DNA from: a virus
DNA: 34,706 nucleotides
IMG/VR virus record: IMGVR_UViG_3300033127_000099
Span: 1-34,706 of that record
Direction: 5' to 3' (one strand)
A model generated the notes under the pieces. The model ran no database searches. It had not been told where the DNA came from and saw only the letters and a list, made by a program, of their open reading frames with translations. Positions 6,315 to 16,340 of this stretch are shown in pieces. The stretch's first letter is position 1, and every line of letters begins with the position of its first letter. The position numbers and the translations under genes were made by a program.

Positions 6315-8259
6315 GAAAATAGAAGTTGAAATAGTCTTAGACGACGGCTCCATTGTTAAGGGCTTCGCTAAGATTAACTCTGAGGCTGAAAAATCAGCTA
6401 AGACAGTTGAGAGGTCCTTAGGTGGGGCTTTAAGAAGGCCTTTAAATACTTCTGGTATCGACCGCTCTCTAAGCCGCATAACCTCTGGAGTCTTTAACTT
6501 TAGAAACGCTCTTATTGGCGCTGTGGGGATTTTAGGTGGGGCTGCCCTTGTTCGTAGCTTCGCCGAGGCTGCCAGTGTTCAGCAGGACGCTGTGAATGCT
6601 CTAAACAACTCATTAAGAACAGCTGGAACCTTTAGTGAAGAAGCCTCTCAGGGCTTTCAAGACTTTGCTAGTGGTTTACAGGCAGTTAGTACGTTTGGTG
6701 ACGAAGTCATTTTACAACAAGCGGCCTTAGCTAGAAACTTTACGAGTAGTAATGAGGAAGCGCAAAAACTAACCAAGGCCGCAGTAGAATTATCGGCAGC
6801 TACGGGAATATCTTTAGATTCAGCTGTTAAGAATTTGGGGAAAACTTTTGCAGGGCTCGCTGGAGAGATCGGTGAGTCAGTGCCAGCCATTCGTAACCTA
6901 ACAGCTGAGCAGTTAAAAGCAGGGGAAGCACTTGATCTTGTACTAACAAGGTTTGGTGGGTCAGCTTTATCACAAACTCGAACGTTTAGTGGTGCATTAC
7001 AACAGCTACAAAATACATTTGGAGATTTGTTTGAAGAAATAGGGGCAGTGATTACAAACTCACCTGTCATTGTTTCTTTGTTCAATGCTCTATCGCAAAC
7101 ACTAGCTAACATTGGAAAGAGTTTACAAGGTAATAACCTTGATGACTTTTTTAAGAACTTAGTGCTCGGAGCGGCTGGAGCCGTCAATGCAATCATTGAT
7201 ACCTTTGATTTTCTTAACAAGATTCCAGACTTCTTTAGGTTTGTTTTCTTAAAATCACAAATCGAAACATCTAAGTTTGTTAATTCATTCTTAAAAACAA
7301 TTGAGCCCGTGTCTGGATTCATTGATAGAATCTTTGGAGACGCTGGAGCTAGTGCTAGAAACATACAACAAAATGCAAACTTTATTGCAGGCCTAGAGAA
7401 AGAGCTTGAGGCATTAGGTCAATCAAGTATTCAAACAGGTCAAGGATTTGAGTTCGCAAGAGCTAAGGTTGATGAGTTTACAACAGCCTTTATCAATGGT
7501 ATTGGATCGGCTCAAACAAACAATGCAGAAATAGCGAGTCCAGCAGCACCACTTGTTGAGGCTGTGGACAAAGATCTTCTCAAGCTGAGAAATAAAGTTT
7601 TAGAGGCACAGAATCTTGTGCGTGGGGATTTGGAAAGAATCTTCCTAAATCCAGAAGACGTGATAGCCGAAAACGATTCGCTCTTCTCGTCTTTAGCTGA
7701 TAAATCAACTGCCGACTTAAAGAGAATACAGGACGGCTTAACACAATTAAAGCAAGGTACTATTGCAGAAGCAACTCAGATTCAACAAGCTGCAGTGAAC
7801 GGAATTGGGAGAGGTATTGCTTCCGGTATCAGTGCAGCCGTGACCGCTATGCAGAATGGGCAGAATGCTATCAGTGCTTTTGCTAAAGCATTCATTGGCA
7901 TCTTAGGGGACTTAGCAATTCAGCTAGGTACACAATTGATTGTATCAGGTCTTGGTTTACAACAGTTGTTTGCTCTGAATCCAGCTGGAGCGATTGCTTT
8001 TGGTGCGGGGTTAGTCGCAATTGGTACATTATTAAAAAGTTTTGCAGGTGGGGGTGGCGGGGCCAGTATTCCGTCTGGCCAAGACTCCGTTGCCTCCCCT
8101 GTACTTGATAGTGGTGGGGATACTGGTGATGGTATTCAAGATCCAGGCTCAAGAGTGGCAGTGACTATTCAAGGTGACGTGCTCGATAGTGATGAAACTG
8201 GATTGAGAATCGCAGACATTATCAAAGAGCAGGGCTTTCAAAACGCAACGGTGACTTAA
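6304..8259 (+). CDS. Tail tape measure protein
   Basis: 651 aa, rich in Ala, Gly, Leu and Gln, with long helical-looking stretches and hydrophobic segments (GILGDLAIQLGTQLIVSGLGL). It directly follows the G/G-T pair. Confidence 0.85.
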   Translation: MADEKIEVEIVLDDGSIVKGFAKINSEAEKSAKTVERSLGGALRRPLNTSGIDRSLSRITSGVFNFRNALIGAVGILGGAALVRSFAEAASVQQDAVNALNNSLRTAGTFSEEASQGFQDFASGLQAVSTFGDEVILQQAALARNFTSSNEEAQKLTKAAVELSAATGISLDSAVKNLGKTFAGLAGEIGESVPAIRNLTAEQLKAGEALDLVLTRFGGSALSQTRTFSGALQQLQNTFGDLFEEIGAVITNSPVIVSLFNALSQTLANIGKSLQGNNLDDFFKNLVLGAAGAVNAIIDTFDFLNKIPDFFRFVFLKSQIETSKFVNSFLKTIEPVSGFIDRIFGDAGASARNIQQNANFIAGLEKELEALGQSSIQTGQGFEFARAKVDEFTTAFINGIGSAQTNNAEIASPAAPLVEAVDKDLLKLRNKVLEAQNLVRGDLERIFLNPEDVIAENDSLFSSLADKSTADLKRIQDGLTQLKQGTIAEATQIQQAAVNGIGRGIASGISAAVTAMQNGQNAISAFAKAFIGILGDLAIQLGTQLIVSGLGLQQLFALNPAGAIAFGAGLVAIGTLLKSFAGGGGGASIPSGQDSVASPVLDSGGDTGDGIQDPGSRVAVTIQGDVLDSDETGLRIADIIKEQGFQNATVT

Positions 8260-9047
8260 TGATAGATACATACAGTGCTTTTTATTATGGATACAAGATT
8301 AACGCTCAACCCTTTACAGGTTATTTGAATATTGATGAGGGTGCGGGTGAGTTAGAAATTCAGCTGCCAGTGGGGAGTTACACTCTTACTACTTTGGTGG
8401 ACGCTTTACGTAACGCACTCTTGACTCAAGCAACGCTTGATTATGAAGTGACTGTCGATAGAGTAACCAGGAAAATAACCATATCTGCACCTGCCACATT
8501 TGATCTACTGACAAATACTGGTTCGCAAGTGGGCTCAAGTGCATGGGAGCTTTTAGGATTTGATACCACAGCTGACCAGACAGGACTATCCAGCTATACA
8601 AGTCAGAATAGTAGTGGAAAACGCTACCTACCACAATTCCCACTACAATCATACGTGCCATTTGAAGACTTCCAATCTGCTAACCAAGCAAAGAAAAATG
8701 TGGCCGCCGATGGAACAACTGTAGAGGTCATTCGATTCGGTTTAGCCAGATTTATAGAATTCGATATTAAGTTTATCACGTCAAGAAACGATATTGCAGA
8801 CGGAATCTATATTAAAAAGAACTCTAGAGGTCTAGAAGACGCTAGGGAATTTCTGCAAGATATTACTAACTTAAGCAATTTCGAGTTTATGCCAGACCGT
8901 GATAATCCAGGGGAATTTAGTAGAGTCATTGTTGAATCTATGCCAGAATTTGGTGACGGAACAGGTTACAAACTAAAAGAACTGTTTAACGAGAATCTCA
9001 GGGACGTTTACGAAACTGGGATTATAAAACTAAGGGTGATTAGCTAA
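8259..9047 (+). CDS. Distal tail protein (position-based call)
   Basis: 262 aa, TAATG overlap with the tape measure stop. First gene after the tape measure. Confidence 0.45.
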   Translation: MIDTYSAFYYGYKINAQPFTGYLNIDEGAGELEIQLPVGSYTLTTLVDALRNALLTQATLDYEVTVDRVTRKITISAPATFDLLTNTGSQVGSSAWELLGFDTTADQTGLSSYTSQNSSGKRYLPQFPLQSYVPFEDFQSANQAKKNVAADGTTVEVIRFGLARFIEFDIKFITSRNDIADGIYIKKNSRGLEDAREFLQDITNLSNFEFMPDRDNPGEFSRVIVESMPEFGDGTGYKLKELFNENLRDVYETGIIKLRVIS

Positions 9048-11317
9048 TGGCAGTTAGTGACGGGCAAAGAGCCAATGATACAAATTTTAATAATGCTTTC
9101 TTGTGTAAAACAACCGGTGGAACTCTTGTAGGGATACTGGTTTTAGATGCGCCTGCAAGTGGGGCTTCTGTTGCGAACGTTCAACAAGCGATCAACGACA
9201 ATATAACAAATATTCAAAACAATTTAAACGAAATAAACAATCTTTATTTAGTGAAAGAAGATGTTGCGAATAAAGACCAACCGCTTGGATATGCTGGTCT
9301 TGATGCTAACGGCAGAATTGCTACAACGGCACTTCCACTAGAGGCCATTGTTTACAGGGGAGTTTGGGATGCTTCAACTAATACGCCGACTCTTGCGAAT
9401 GGGACTGGCACTACTGGTGATGTTTATCGTGTTAGTGTGGCTGGTAGTCAGGATCTTGGAGCTGGTTCCGAGAACTATGCTGTTGGTGACTGGGTTACTT
9501 ATAACGGCACTGTGTGGGAGCGTTCAGATTTTGTCGGAGCAGGCGTCCTCAATGACTTAAACGATGTAGATACTGTTACAAACCCACCGACTTCAGACAA
9601 CTTTGTTTTAGGTTGGGATAACACGGCAATGAAGTGGGTTCCAAAAGTTGCCGTAGCACAAGAGAATGTTGCTTGGGTTCCACAAGGGACTGGATCTTGG
9701 GATGGAACAACTTTTGATTTAGTCTTAAGCGCTGATTGTTTCTTAAGTGTTCCACCACTTCCAAACGACTATCATACAATTCAAGCTCAAACGATTAATT
9801 TTCCAAACGACGGCGATATAGCGTTTGTAACAATTGATCGAGCGGCTGCCGCCACTACAAATCTAACTGTCACTGTTACTGACATTGCTTCTTTTGTAAA
9901 TAATGGCTCTAACATTATCATAGGTCGCCGCCTTGGGAATGAAGTGTTTGTAGGTATCCATGACCCTCAAAGGTTTCAAGACGGGGACGAGTTTAATTTG
10001 TCTAAAGGTGGCGGTGGTTTTACTGGGGTTAGAGAGATTAATGAGAGCTTTTTAAATACTCTAACTTCAAACGTAACCTTAAATACAACTCTTGGCGATC
10101 TTACTTTTAGTAATCTAGTTGTTGGTAAAAAGTACGTTGTTAAAGGAATGTTTGCAGCTAACGTTTCAAGTGGTGCAGATAATCTAACGATGTCAGTGAC
10201 TCATAACGGAAGCATTCTTTGCCAACCAGCTTTAAATTTAGATACTACGGGTGCTTTTGGAAACATTGGGTTTGAAACAGGTGTTTTTACAGCCACAGAT
10301 ACCACTGTAACCTTTGTTACAGCCAGTGTTGGACCAAATACAACTATACTAGGAAATGGAACAACTGCTCAATCTACATGGGCTGAACTTGAGGTCAGGA
10401 ATGACCTTGATAGCAACATTGTTTCTAATACATCTATTAATATTGAAGGGTCTAGAGTTCGATTGCTCAGAACAGCGACACTTTCTACAGCTTCAACTGA
10501 GACAAAAGTAACAGGTTTTGCAAGTTCAATAGATACAGCGAATCAGTTTGATAGCCCAAACGATAAAATTATTATCGCTGAGTCTGGTCGATACAAGCTT
10601 TATATGTCTTTTGCCGCTCAAACTTTCGATGCAGATGTTCAGTTAAAGTACAAAATCAACGGTGGAACAGCTGAGATCATAGCGAGAGCTAGTGGGGTAT
10701 CTGGTGAGTCTTTGTCAGACACGAGACAAGGTTATGACCTCTTAAATCTTGTGGACTTAGATGAATTAGAGTTCTTTGTAGACGCTGGGGCTTTAGCTAG
10801 AAACACTTCAGACATAAAAGTAATTTTAGAAAAGGATAACCAATTTGAGGTTTATGGAGTTTTAAATCCTGAAACAGAATACATAGAAACTATCATAAAT
10901 AATAACACAACGACTTCTGTTGGCGATTTAGAAATTGATGTAGTCGGCTCAGAAATTACTGTACCTGCTGGAACTTACGACCTTGCTTATGAAACTGATT
11001 GCAGGGTTCGCAACCAAAATTCTACAGCAAATACGATCATTGGTCGAATAAGGCTTACCGAACTTGATAATACACTAGTTGATGATACTGAGAGCGTTTT
11101 AGGCGGTTTATCATTGCCAGGAAGCATTGAGCTTTACACTTCTGCTCAAAAGAAAATAGAAGTAACAAACGCTGTGGCAAAAACTTATAAGCTTAGAATT
11201 ACTTGCAGTGATTCTACAGCTACAGGAGATTGCACCATATTAGGTTCTGGTTCTTTTACAAGCTTGATTAGCGGCGATAATCTTACCGCACGTGTCTGGG
11301 CAAGGAAGGTTAAATGA
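9047..11317 (+). CDS. Tail fibre or tail tip protein
   Basis: 756 aa, rich in Thr, Asn and Ser. The N-terminal segment (LGYAGLDANGRIATTALP ... YRGVWDASTNTPTL ... GDVYRVS ... GDWVTYNGTVWE) is a motif set I associate with phage tail fibres. Confidence 0.65.
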   Translation: MAVSDGQRANDTNFNNAFLCKTTGGTLVGILVLDAPASGASVANVQQAINDNITNIQNNLNEINNLYLVKEDVANKDQPLGYAGLDANGRIATTALPLEAIVYRGVWDASTNTPTLANGTGTTGDVYRVSVAGSQDLGAGSENYAVGDWVTYNGTVWERSDFVGAGVLNDLNDVDTVTNPPTSDNFVLGWDNTAMKWVPKVAVAQENVAWVPQGTGSWDGTTFDLVLSADCFLSVPPLPNDYHTIQAQTINFPNDGDIAFVTIDRAAAATTNLTVTVTDIASFVNNGSNIIIGRRLGNEVFVGIHDPQRFQDGDEFNLSKGGGGFTGVREINESFLNTLTSNVTLNTTLGDLTFSNLVVGKKYVVKGMFAANVSSGADNLTMSVTHNGSILCQPALNLDTTGAFGNIGFETGVFTATDTTVTFVTASVGPNTTILGNGTTAQSTWAELEVRNDLDSNIVSNTSINIEGSRVRLLRTATLSTASTETKVTGFASSIDTANQFDSPNDKIIIAESGRYKLYMSFAAQTFDADVQLKYKINGGTAEIIARASGVSGESLSDTRQGYDLLNLVDLDELEFFVDAGALARNTSDIKVILEKDNQFEVYGVLNPETEYIETIINNNTTTSVGDLEIDVVGSEITVPAGTYDLAYETDCRVRNQNSTANTIIGRIRLTELDNTLVDDTESVLGGLSLPGSIELYTSAQKKIEVTNAVAKTYKLRITCSDSTATGDCTILGSGSFTSLISGDNLTARVWARKVK

Positions 11318-11841
11318 GAGTTAATTACTTGATGAAAAACGGTGATGATTTTTATGTCAAAACTTGTGAAGGCTTTGTGCCAGAGGGATACGTAGCCAAA
11401 GTGCCTGATAGTTTCACTAGGCAGGATTTTCCATTTTTAAAAAGCAGAGTTATACAAGATCCAGAGCTTCAAATTGATGTTTTAGAAGTTTACTTAGATG
11501 AAATTGCTAAAGGCGAGCATTTAATGGAACTATCAATTGAAGAGCAAAAAACTACGTATAAACAATCTTACTATTCAGATATTGATAACGAGATGACTAG
11601 AATTTTTGGGACCACAAATAGAGATAAAGCAAATTCTCTTTATAACACTTGGAAGATTTGGCTAGATGATCCATCTTTCTTTTCAGACAAGGGCCTTGTT
11701 GATGAGAATGGAGAGGCTCTTGATACAGCTTCTAAGATATCTATTTACGCTAATCTTAAATTAGAGCAAACTAAAGATTACAGTGTTTTTCTCATGACGA
11801 GAGAGCAACAACTTAAGCAAGAATTAGAACAAATATCATAA
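11314..11841 (+). CDS. Hypothetical protein downstream of the fibre gene (possible fibre accessory or assembly factor)
   Basis: 175 aa, ATGA overlap, RBS AAGGAAGG. No motif recognised. Confidence 0.4.
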   Translation: MRVNYLMKNGDDFYVKTCEGFVPEGYVAKVPDSFTRQDFPFLKSRVIQDPELQIDVLEVYLDEIAKGEHLMELSIEEQKTTYKQSYYSDIDNEMTRIFGTTNRDKANSLYNTWKIWLDDPSFFSDKGLVDENGEALDTASKISIYANLKLEQTKDYSVFLMTREQQLKQELEQIS

Positions 11842-11850
11842 GGAGTTGAT

Positions 11851-12018
11851 ATGTCTTTTTTACAAGAAAACTGGGCAGCCATTATTGTTGCCCTATTAGC
11901 AGTTAGTGAAGTTTTGGCTCTTATCCCAAAGGTTAAGGCTAACTCTGTATTTCAATTAGTTGTAGGTCTTTTAAAAGGATTAATGCCTAAAAAGAAAGAC
12001 GAGCTACCTAAAGCATAG
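11851..12018 (+). CDS. Small membrane protein, holin-like candidate (55 aa, absent from the ORF track)
   Basis: RBS AAGGAG 6 nt upstream of the ATG at 11851. Translation: MSFLQENWAAIIVALLAVSEVLALIPKVKANSVFQLVVGLLKGLMPKKKDELPKA. It has one or two hydrophobic segments and a basic C-terminus. Confidence 0.5.
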   Translation: MSFLQENWAAIIVALLAVSEVLALIPKVKANSVFQLVVGLLKGLMPKKKDELPKA

Positions 12019-12245
12019 TGGCTTTTTTAGAAAAGGTAGTAGCACGTGTATTTATGGCAGTGTTCGATAGGGTTTGGGCACTTGTTCAGTCTAAAGTCGA
12101 CAAGTCCATGGACTATCAGAAGATATATGAAAAACATGATCAAGCTAAGAATGAAATGATTCTAGAGCTTGAACAAGCTAGGACTCCAGAGGAAAGAGAT
12201 GCAATACTTGTTAAAATATACAATTCTCGTCCTAAGTTTGAGTAG
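12018..12245 (+). CDS. Hypothetical 75-aa protein in the lysis region (GTG start)
   Basis: TAGTG overlap with the upstream ORF. The C-terminal half is charged and helical-looking. The N-terminus is too charged to be a transmembrane domain. Confidence 0.4.
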   Translation: MAFLEKVVARVFMAVFDRVWALVQSKVDKSMDYQKIYEKHDQAKNEMILELEQARTPEERDAILVKIYNSRPKFE

Positions 12246-12471
12246 CTGCGTGGCTTTGCCACCAGCGCCTAAGACCCGTATCTGTTTGGTGGACGCCGAA
12301 AATAGCAAAATGAGATGCATCAACTACAAACAAACTAAATACGACGTCCCTATTTCCAAGGCTGACAAATACGTATGCACTCCAAGTCAAGATTATCTTG
12401 AACTCAATTCCTATATTAACAAAATGGCAGATATATTCCGTCGCCAAGTTTTACAGAAGGTTTCTAAATGA
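12199..12471 (+). CDS. Small lipoprotein, outer-membrane spanin-like candidate
   Basis: The ATG at 12199 is preceded by GAGGAAAGAG. Signal peptide MQYLLKYTILVLSLSSC has the lipobox LSSC. The mature part is rich in Pro and Cys. The start is embedded in the 3' end of 12018..12245. Confidence 0.5.
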   Translation: MQYLLKYTILVLSLSSCVALPPAPKTRICLVDAENSKMRCINYKQTKYDVPISKADKYVCTPSQDYLELNSYINKMADIFRRQVLQKVSK

Positions 12472-12686
12472 ATGAACTGGCTCAACAAGTTGCGGTAATG
12501 CCAGATCTGACTAGCTTTTATTGGATAGTTGGTGCGATGATTGTTACGAACATCGGAACTATTGGGACCATATTCTTCTGGGCAGCTAAAGCTCTTTGGT
12601 GGGTTTCAAAACTAGATTCTCAAGTTCAATTAAATAAAAAAGATATAAATGCTGCCCACAAGGCGATAAAGGAAATAAGTGTCTGA
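12468..12686 (+). CDS. Single-pass membrane protein (holin or inner-membrane spanin candidate)
   Basis: 72 aa with hydrophobic FYWIVGAMIVTNIGTIGTIFFWAA followed by a charged tail. ATGA overlap upstream. It overlaps the endolysin start. Confidence 0.5.
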   Translation: MNELAQQVAVMPDLTSFYWIVGAMIVTNIGTIGTIFFWAAKALWWVSKLDSQVQLNKKDINAAHKAIKEISV

Positions 12687-13338
12687 TCAAATTTTAACCG
12701 ATTTAGAACTGATTAAGAAGTTAGTAAAACGAGTTGAAAAACTTGTAAAAAAAATGCCTATTGACCCTGATCCTTTGGAACAGAAAGCTGTTAGCAGGAA
12801 TGAAAAAGTATTGAGAATAGCGGCTCTAGAGGTTGGTGTGAAAGAAGCGGTAGGTTCTGCAAACAACGCTAGAGTTGTTGAATACTCAAGATATGCTTCT
12901 AAAAATAATAAAGTCGAGCAACCGGATAGTGTGCCTTGGTGTTCAAGTTTTGTGTGTTGGGTAGCAGAGAAAGCTGGTATGGGGTCAACAGATTCTATGA
13001 TGGCGAGAAGCTGGCTTAATTGGGGAGTGTCTTCCAAGAAAGATCCTCTACCAGGTGATATTGTTGTTTACTGGAGAGGGAATAGATCTGGATGGAAAGG
13101 CCACGTGGGTATTTACCTTAGAACCAACAGAGATGGATCTATTGTCACTCTCGGTGGCAATCAATCCGATGAGGTTAACATCAGTCAATATAGTGCTGCC
13201 AAACTACTTGATATTCGCAGGCCTTTTAAAGCTAGAACCTATGACAAATCAGATCGGCGGAACCTAGAGACAATTGCTAAGGCAATTATTGGTGGTGTTC
13301 CTTTAGCAAGTATTGGAACCGACGGAAAGGTGACTTGA
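12679..13338 (+). CDS. Peptidoglycan hydrolase (endolysin), TIGR02594 / CHAP-NlpC-P60-like
   Basis: Motifs PWCSSFVCWV (Cys nucleophile context), GDIVVYWR, GHVGIY and LGGNQSDEV match my memory of the TIGR02594 family. It follows the small membrane proteins. Confidence 0.8.
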   Translation: MSDQILTDLELIKKLVKRVEKLVKKMPIDPDPLEQKAVSRNEKVLRIAALEVGVKEAVGSANNARVVEYSRYASKNNKVEQPDSVPWCSSFVCWVAEKAGMGSTDSMMARSWLNWGVSSKKDPLPGDIVVYWRGNRSGWKGHVGIYLRTNRDGSIVTLGGNQSDEVNISQYSAAKLLDIRRPFKARTYDKSDRRNLETIAKAIIGGVPLASIGTDGKVT

Positions 13339-13339
13339 T

Positions 13340-15592
13340 TTGGCTTTAGAGTTAACAACAGCTACAAGACGTGCGCTAAAAGAACTAGCAATTGAGCCTA
13401 ACCTAACAGTTAAGTTTGAAGGTCTTGATTTATTATTTTCAACTCAAGCACTAAAAGAATACATCACAATTGGTTGCCCTGGTTTTTTCATTGGAGCCGA
13501 CGGCTACTTTATTGGTGGATTAAAAGATATATCTCCAGACTTGAATAAAACGATAGTTGATTCTCAATCAACCACTTGGTCTATTAGGCAACAGATCAAC
13601 TATGACGAGGGTAAATCAAACTCTATTTCGACTATGACAATAGGGCTTGTCGATAAGGATCAAATTGCAACTCAGCTAATTACACCAGGAGATTTAGTTG
13701 AAGAGCTTATGGGTCGAAAAGCACAAGTGTTTGTAAACTTCGGTGAGACATCTTTCTTTGAAGACGCTGTAGAAATATTTAAAGGATTTGTTACAAGTAT
13801 TGAATCTGATCCAGGTCTTGTTAAAATTAAACTTAATCATCCTGACAACAAGAAGAATGTAAACTTGTTTCAAAGCCGTGAAACTAAGCTAACGTCTGCT
13901 ATAAACTCTACAGCCACTACTCTAGCAGTTGAAGACGCTAGTACATTCATCGAGCCTAGTGGACCCGTAAACAGTTATCTAAGGATAGGAACAGAGTTAA
14001 TACAGTTTGATACCATTGTGGGAAATACGTTCACTGGAGTGTCTCGTGGGGCTTTAGGTTCGCTTGCTCAGCCACACGCTTTAGATGATCAGGTGAAGGC
14101 CGTATATTCAATGGAAGGCAACCCGCTTGATTTAGCTATGGAGCTTATGATGAGCGGGCATGGTACAGACCCAGTCCATGAAAACATCACTGTGAGTAGC
14201 TTTGTTCAGGTGGGGGCTGGAGCTAATCAGATTCCAAACGCTATTTACTTTGATCAAATTAATATTGTTAGAGACTTTGGCTTAAGAGCGGGTGACACAA
14301 TCACAACTACTGGAGCAATTAATGCATCTAATAATGTGACGGCTGCTTTAGTAGAAGACGTAATACAGTCTGAAACTGGGTACTACGTGCTAGTTGACGG
14401 TGCTAACTTCACACTTGAGCTTGATTCAACAGCCGTTATGGCAACGTTCACACAATACAATACCATGCCTCAAGGTATGAGAATGACTCCAGATGAAGTC
14501 GATATCAATGAGCATATTAAGATTCGAGACTTTTTTCACTCTTCAACTCAAATGCAGCTGTTTATTAAAGAAGACAAAATTGAAGGAAAGAAGTTTATAT
14601 TTGAGCAGCTGTATAGGCCGATTGCTTGTTATGAGCTTCCAAGAAAGTCTCAAGCGTCTGTGGGGTACACTGTTGGTCCTATTCCAGGTGAAGACATTGT
14701 AACACTCGATGAGACCAATGTTAAAAACCCAAGAACCTTAAGAATTATTAGGACAACTGCTCGCGGCTTCTTTAACGAGGTCGCCTACTCTTATGACGAC
14801 ACACCTCTAATTGATGAAGAGCGATTTTTAACAGGAAAAATATTCATATCTCAAGAATCAAAAGACAGAATAAAAGGTGGCAACCGTACTTATGAAATCC
14901 CATCAATTGGTCTTAAGACAAACTTGAATGCTGAAAACATTGCAGCTTCTAACTCTCAAAGATTAATCGACCGATACAAGTTTGCAGCTGAAACTGTGAA
15001 GTGTAAAGCAAAGCTAAGCGACACTGCAGGTATTGAAGTTGGTGACATTGTTGTAGGGGACTTTGAAGAGTTACAAGTTTCAGATATTACAAAGGGGAGT
15101 CGAGCGTTTGAACCAAGACTTTTTGAAGTGAGAAACAGGACGTTAAATTTAAAGACTGGAGATGTAGAACTTGAAATGATGGATACAGGTATTAATATAG
15201 ACACAAGGTTTGGCTTGATTTCGCCTTGTTCTTTGATTGGTTCCGTTGTTTCCACTTCTCAATTCGTCATCAAGCCAAGCCCTCTTTACCCCTCTAAGTT
15301 CGGTCTCGACGAATATCGCAAGTGGGAAGCTGCTATTAGAATTAGAGAGCCAATGGCTATTCGTGTTCACAACGAAGACTACACAGTCGACGAGCAACTT
15401 GTGGTAACAGACATTAGTGAAAACACTTTCACACTAAGAGATCCAGCCACAATTACTTTAACTGAAGATTTGATAGTAGAGTTTGCACCTTATGACAACC
15501 CAGACACTTCCAATAGGCAGAAATTATTGTATGCTTATATGACGGATGACCCTACTTTTGGAGACGGTGGCAATCAATACTCAATGATTTAA
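13340..15592 (+). CDS. Large virion-like protein (750 aa, TTG start), possibly tail tip, baseplate or host specificity
   Basis: It starts 1 nt after the endolysin stop with GGAAAGGTGA upstream. Size and composition fit a structural protein. No motif recognised. Confidence 0.45.
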   Translation: MALELTTATRRALKELAIEPNLTVKFEGLDLLFSTQALKEYITIGCPGFFIGADGYFIGGLKDISPDLNKTIVDSQSTTWSIRQQINYDEGKSNSISTMTIGLVDKDQIATQLITPGDLVEELMGRKAQVFVNFGETSFFEDAVEIFKGFVTSIESDPGLVKIKLNHPDNKKNVNLFQSRETKLTSAINSTATTLAVEDASTFIEPSGPVNSYLRIGTELIQFDTIVGNTFTGVSRGALGSLAQPHALDDQVKAVYSMEGNPLDLAMELMMSGHGTDPVHENITVSSFVQVGAGANQIPNAIYFDQINIVRDFGLRAGDTITTTGAINASNNVTAALVEDVIQSETGYYVLVDGANFTLELDSTAVMATFTQYNTMPQGMRMTPDEVDINEHIKIRDFFHSSTQMQLFIKEDKIEGKKFIFEQLYRPIACYELPRKSQASVGYTVGPIPGEDIVTLDETNVKNPRTLRIIRTTARGFFNEVAYSYDDTPLIDEERFLTGKIFISQESKDRIKGGNRTYEIPSIGLKTNLNAENIAASNSQRLIDRYKFAAETVKCKAKLSDTAGIEVGDIVVGDFEELQVSDITKGSRAFEPRLFEVRNRTLNLKTGDVELEMMDTGINIDTRFGLISPCSLIGSVVSTSQFVIKPSPLYPSKFGLDEYRKWEAAIRIREPMAIRVHNEDYTVDEQLVVTDISENTFTLRDPATITLTEDLIVEFAPYDNPDTSNRQKLLYAYMTDDPTFGDGGNQYSMI

Positions 15593-15602
15593 GGAGAGAA
15601 TC

Positions 15603-16340
15603 ATGGCAGATTTACCGAGTATAGCGAATAGATATAATGATGTAGAGGTGGCAGCTAATGCTCCTGTTACTGAAAGCCTTGTTAGAAAAGGTGGAAGTAA
15701 TGACAACTTTATACTCGACTTTCTTGGAGCAGCAGACGGTTCAACAGTGGCCGCTGGAATTTTATCTGACTTAGTAAACGCTGTAAACTTGTGCGACGGG
15801 CACACAATGGATCAACAAATTTCATTACCTAATTCTGGTACTGCAGCTACTATACAGACAATAGGTACTTACACTCCTGTTAAATATGTTAATCAGGTTT
15901 TCTATTGGGTTTTAAGAAATGACAGTGGCTTTCCAAACGCTGCTGTTAATTTTAATTGGGGTTTTGGAGCAGATTACGCTTTATTAAATGGAGTTAATCT
16001 TAACCAACATTTGGTTAGTGATGTAACTGGTACATTTGGTCAAGTTGGCGGAGATAGGGCTGCAGATATTGATTTTAATTATGATAGCTTTAACATAAAC
16101 AGTTCATTTGCTGCCAACAATCAACATACTACTCGACAGTTTTCCAAAATGATAAACATTGGTGAATACACCTACGGCGTTTCTAATGGTGGCAGAATGG
16201 TCGTGCCAATTTGTGTGTTAGACTGGAGAGACGGCGGCACTCAGAATTTAACGATGAGACTGAGCACAAGTTACGGTAATGCCTCATCTGTTGAAATATA
16301 TAGACAATATGTACTCGACATTAAATCTGCTGGATTCTAG
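15603..16340 (+). CDS. Hypothetical 245-aa protein (possible receptor-binding or fibre-associated)
   Basis: Strong RBS AAGGAGAG. Rich in Asn, Gly and Ser, beta-looking sequence. No motif recognised. Confidence 0.4.
   Translation: MADLPSIANRYNDVEVAANAPVTESLVRKGGSNDNFILDFLGAADGSTVAAGILSDLVNAVNLCDGHTMDQQISLPNSGTAATIQTIGTYTPVKYVNQVFYWVLRNDSGFPNAAVNFNWGFGADYALLNGVNLNQHLVSDVTGTFGQVGGDRAADIDFNYDSFNINSSFAANNQHTTRQFSKMINIGEYTYGVSNGGRMVVPICVLDWRDGGTQNLTMRLSTSYGNASSVEIYRQYVLDIKSAGF

Noticed and set aside
6657-7364. 235-aa - strand ORF inside the tape measure gene
   Set aside because: This is a typical antisense open frame of an Ala/Leu-rich GC-skewed gene. It has no RBS and no partner genes on that strand.
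12018-12245. Inner-membrane spanin (Rz-like) call for the ORF that overlaps the lipoprotein start
   Set aside because: The N-terminal 25 residues contain five charged residues (E, K, R, D, R) and cannot form the required TM anchor. It is kept as hypothetical.
12687-13037. 116-aa - strand ORF opposite the endolysin gene
   Set aside because: The sense-strand product has clear hydrolase motifs, and the antisense ORF has no start context.
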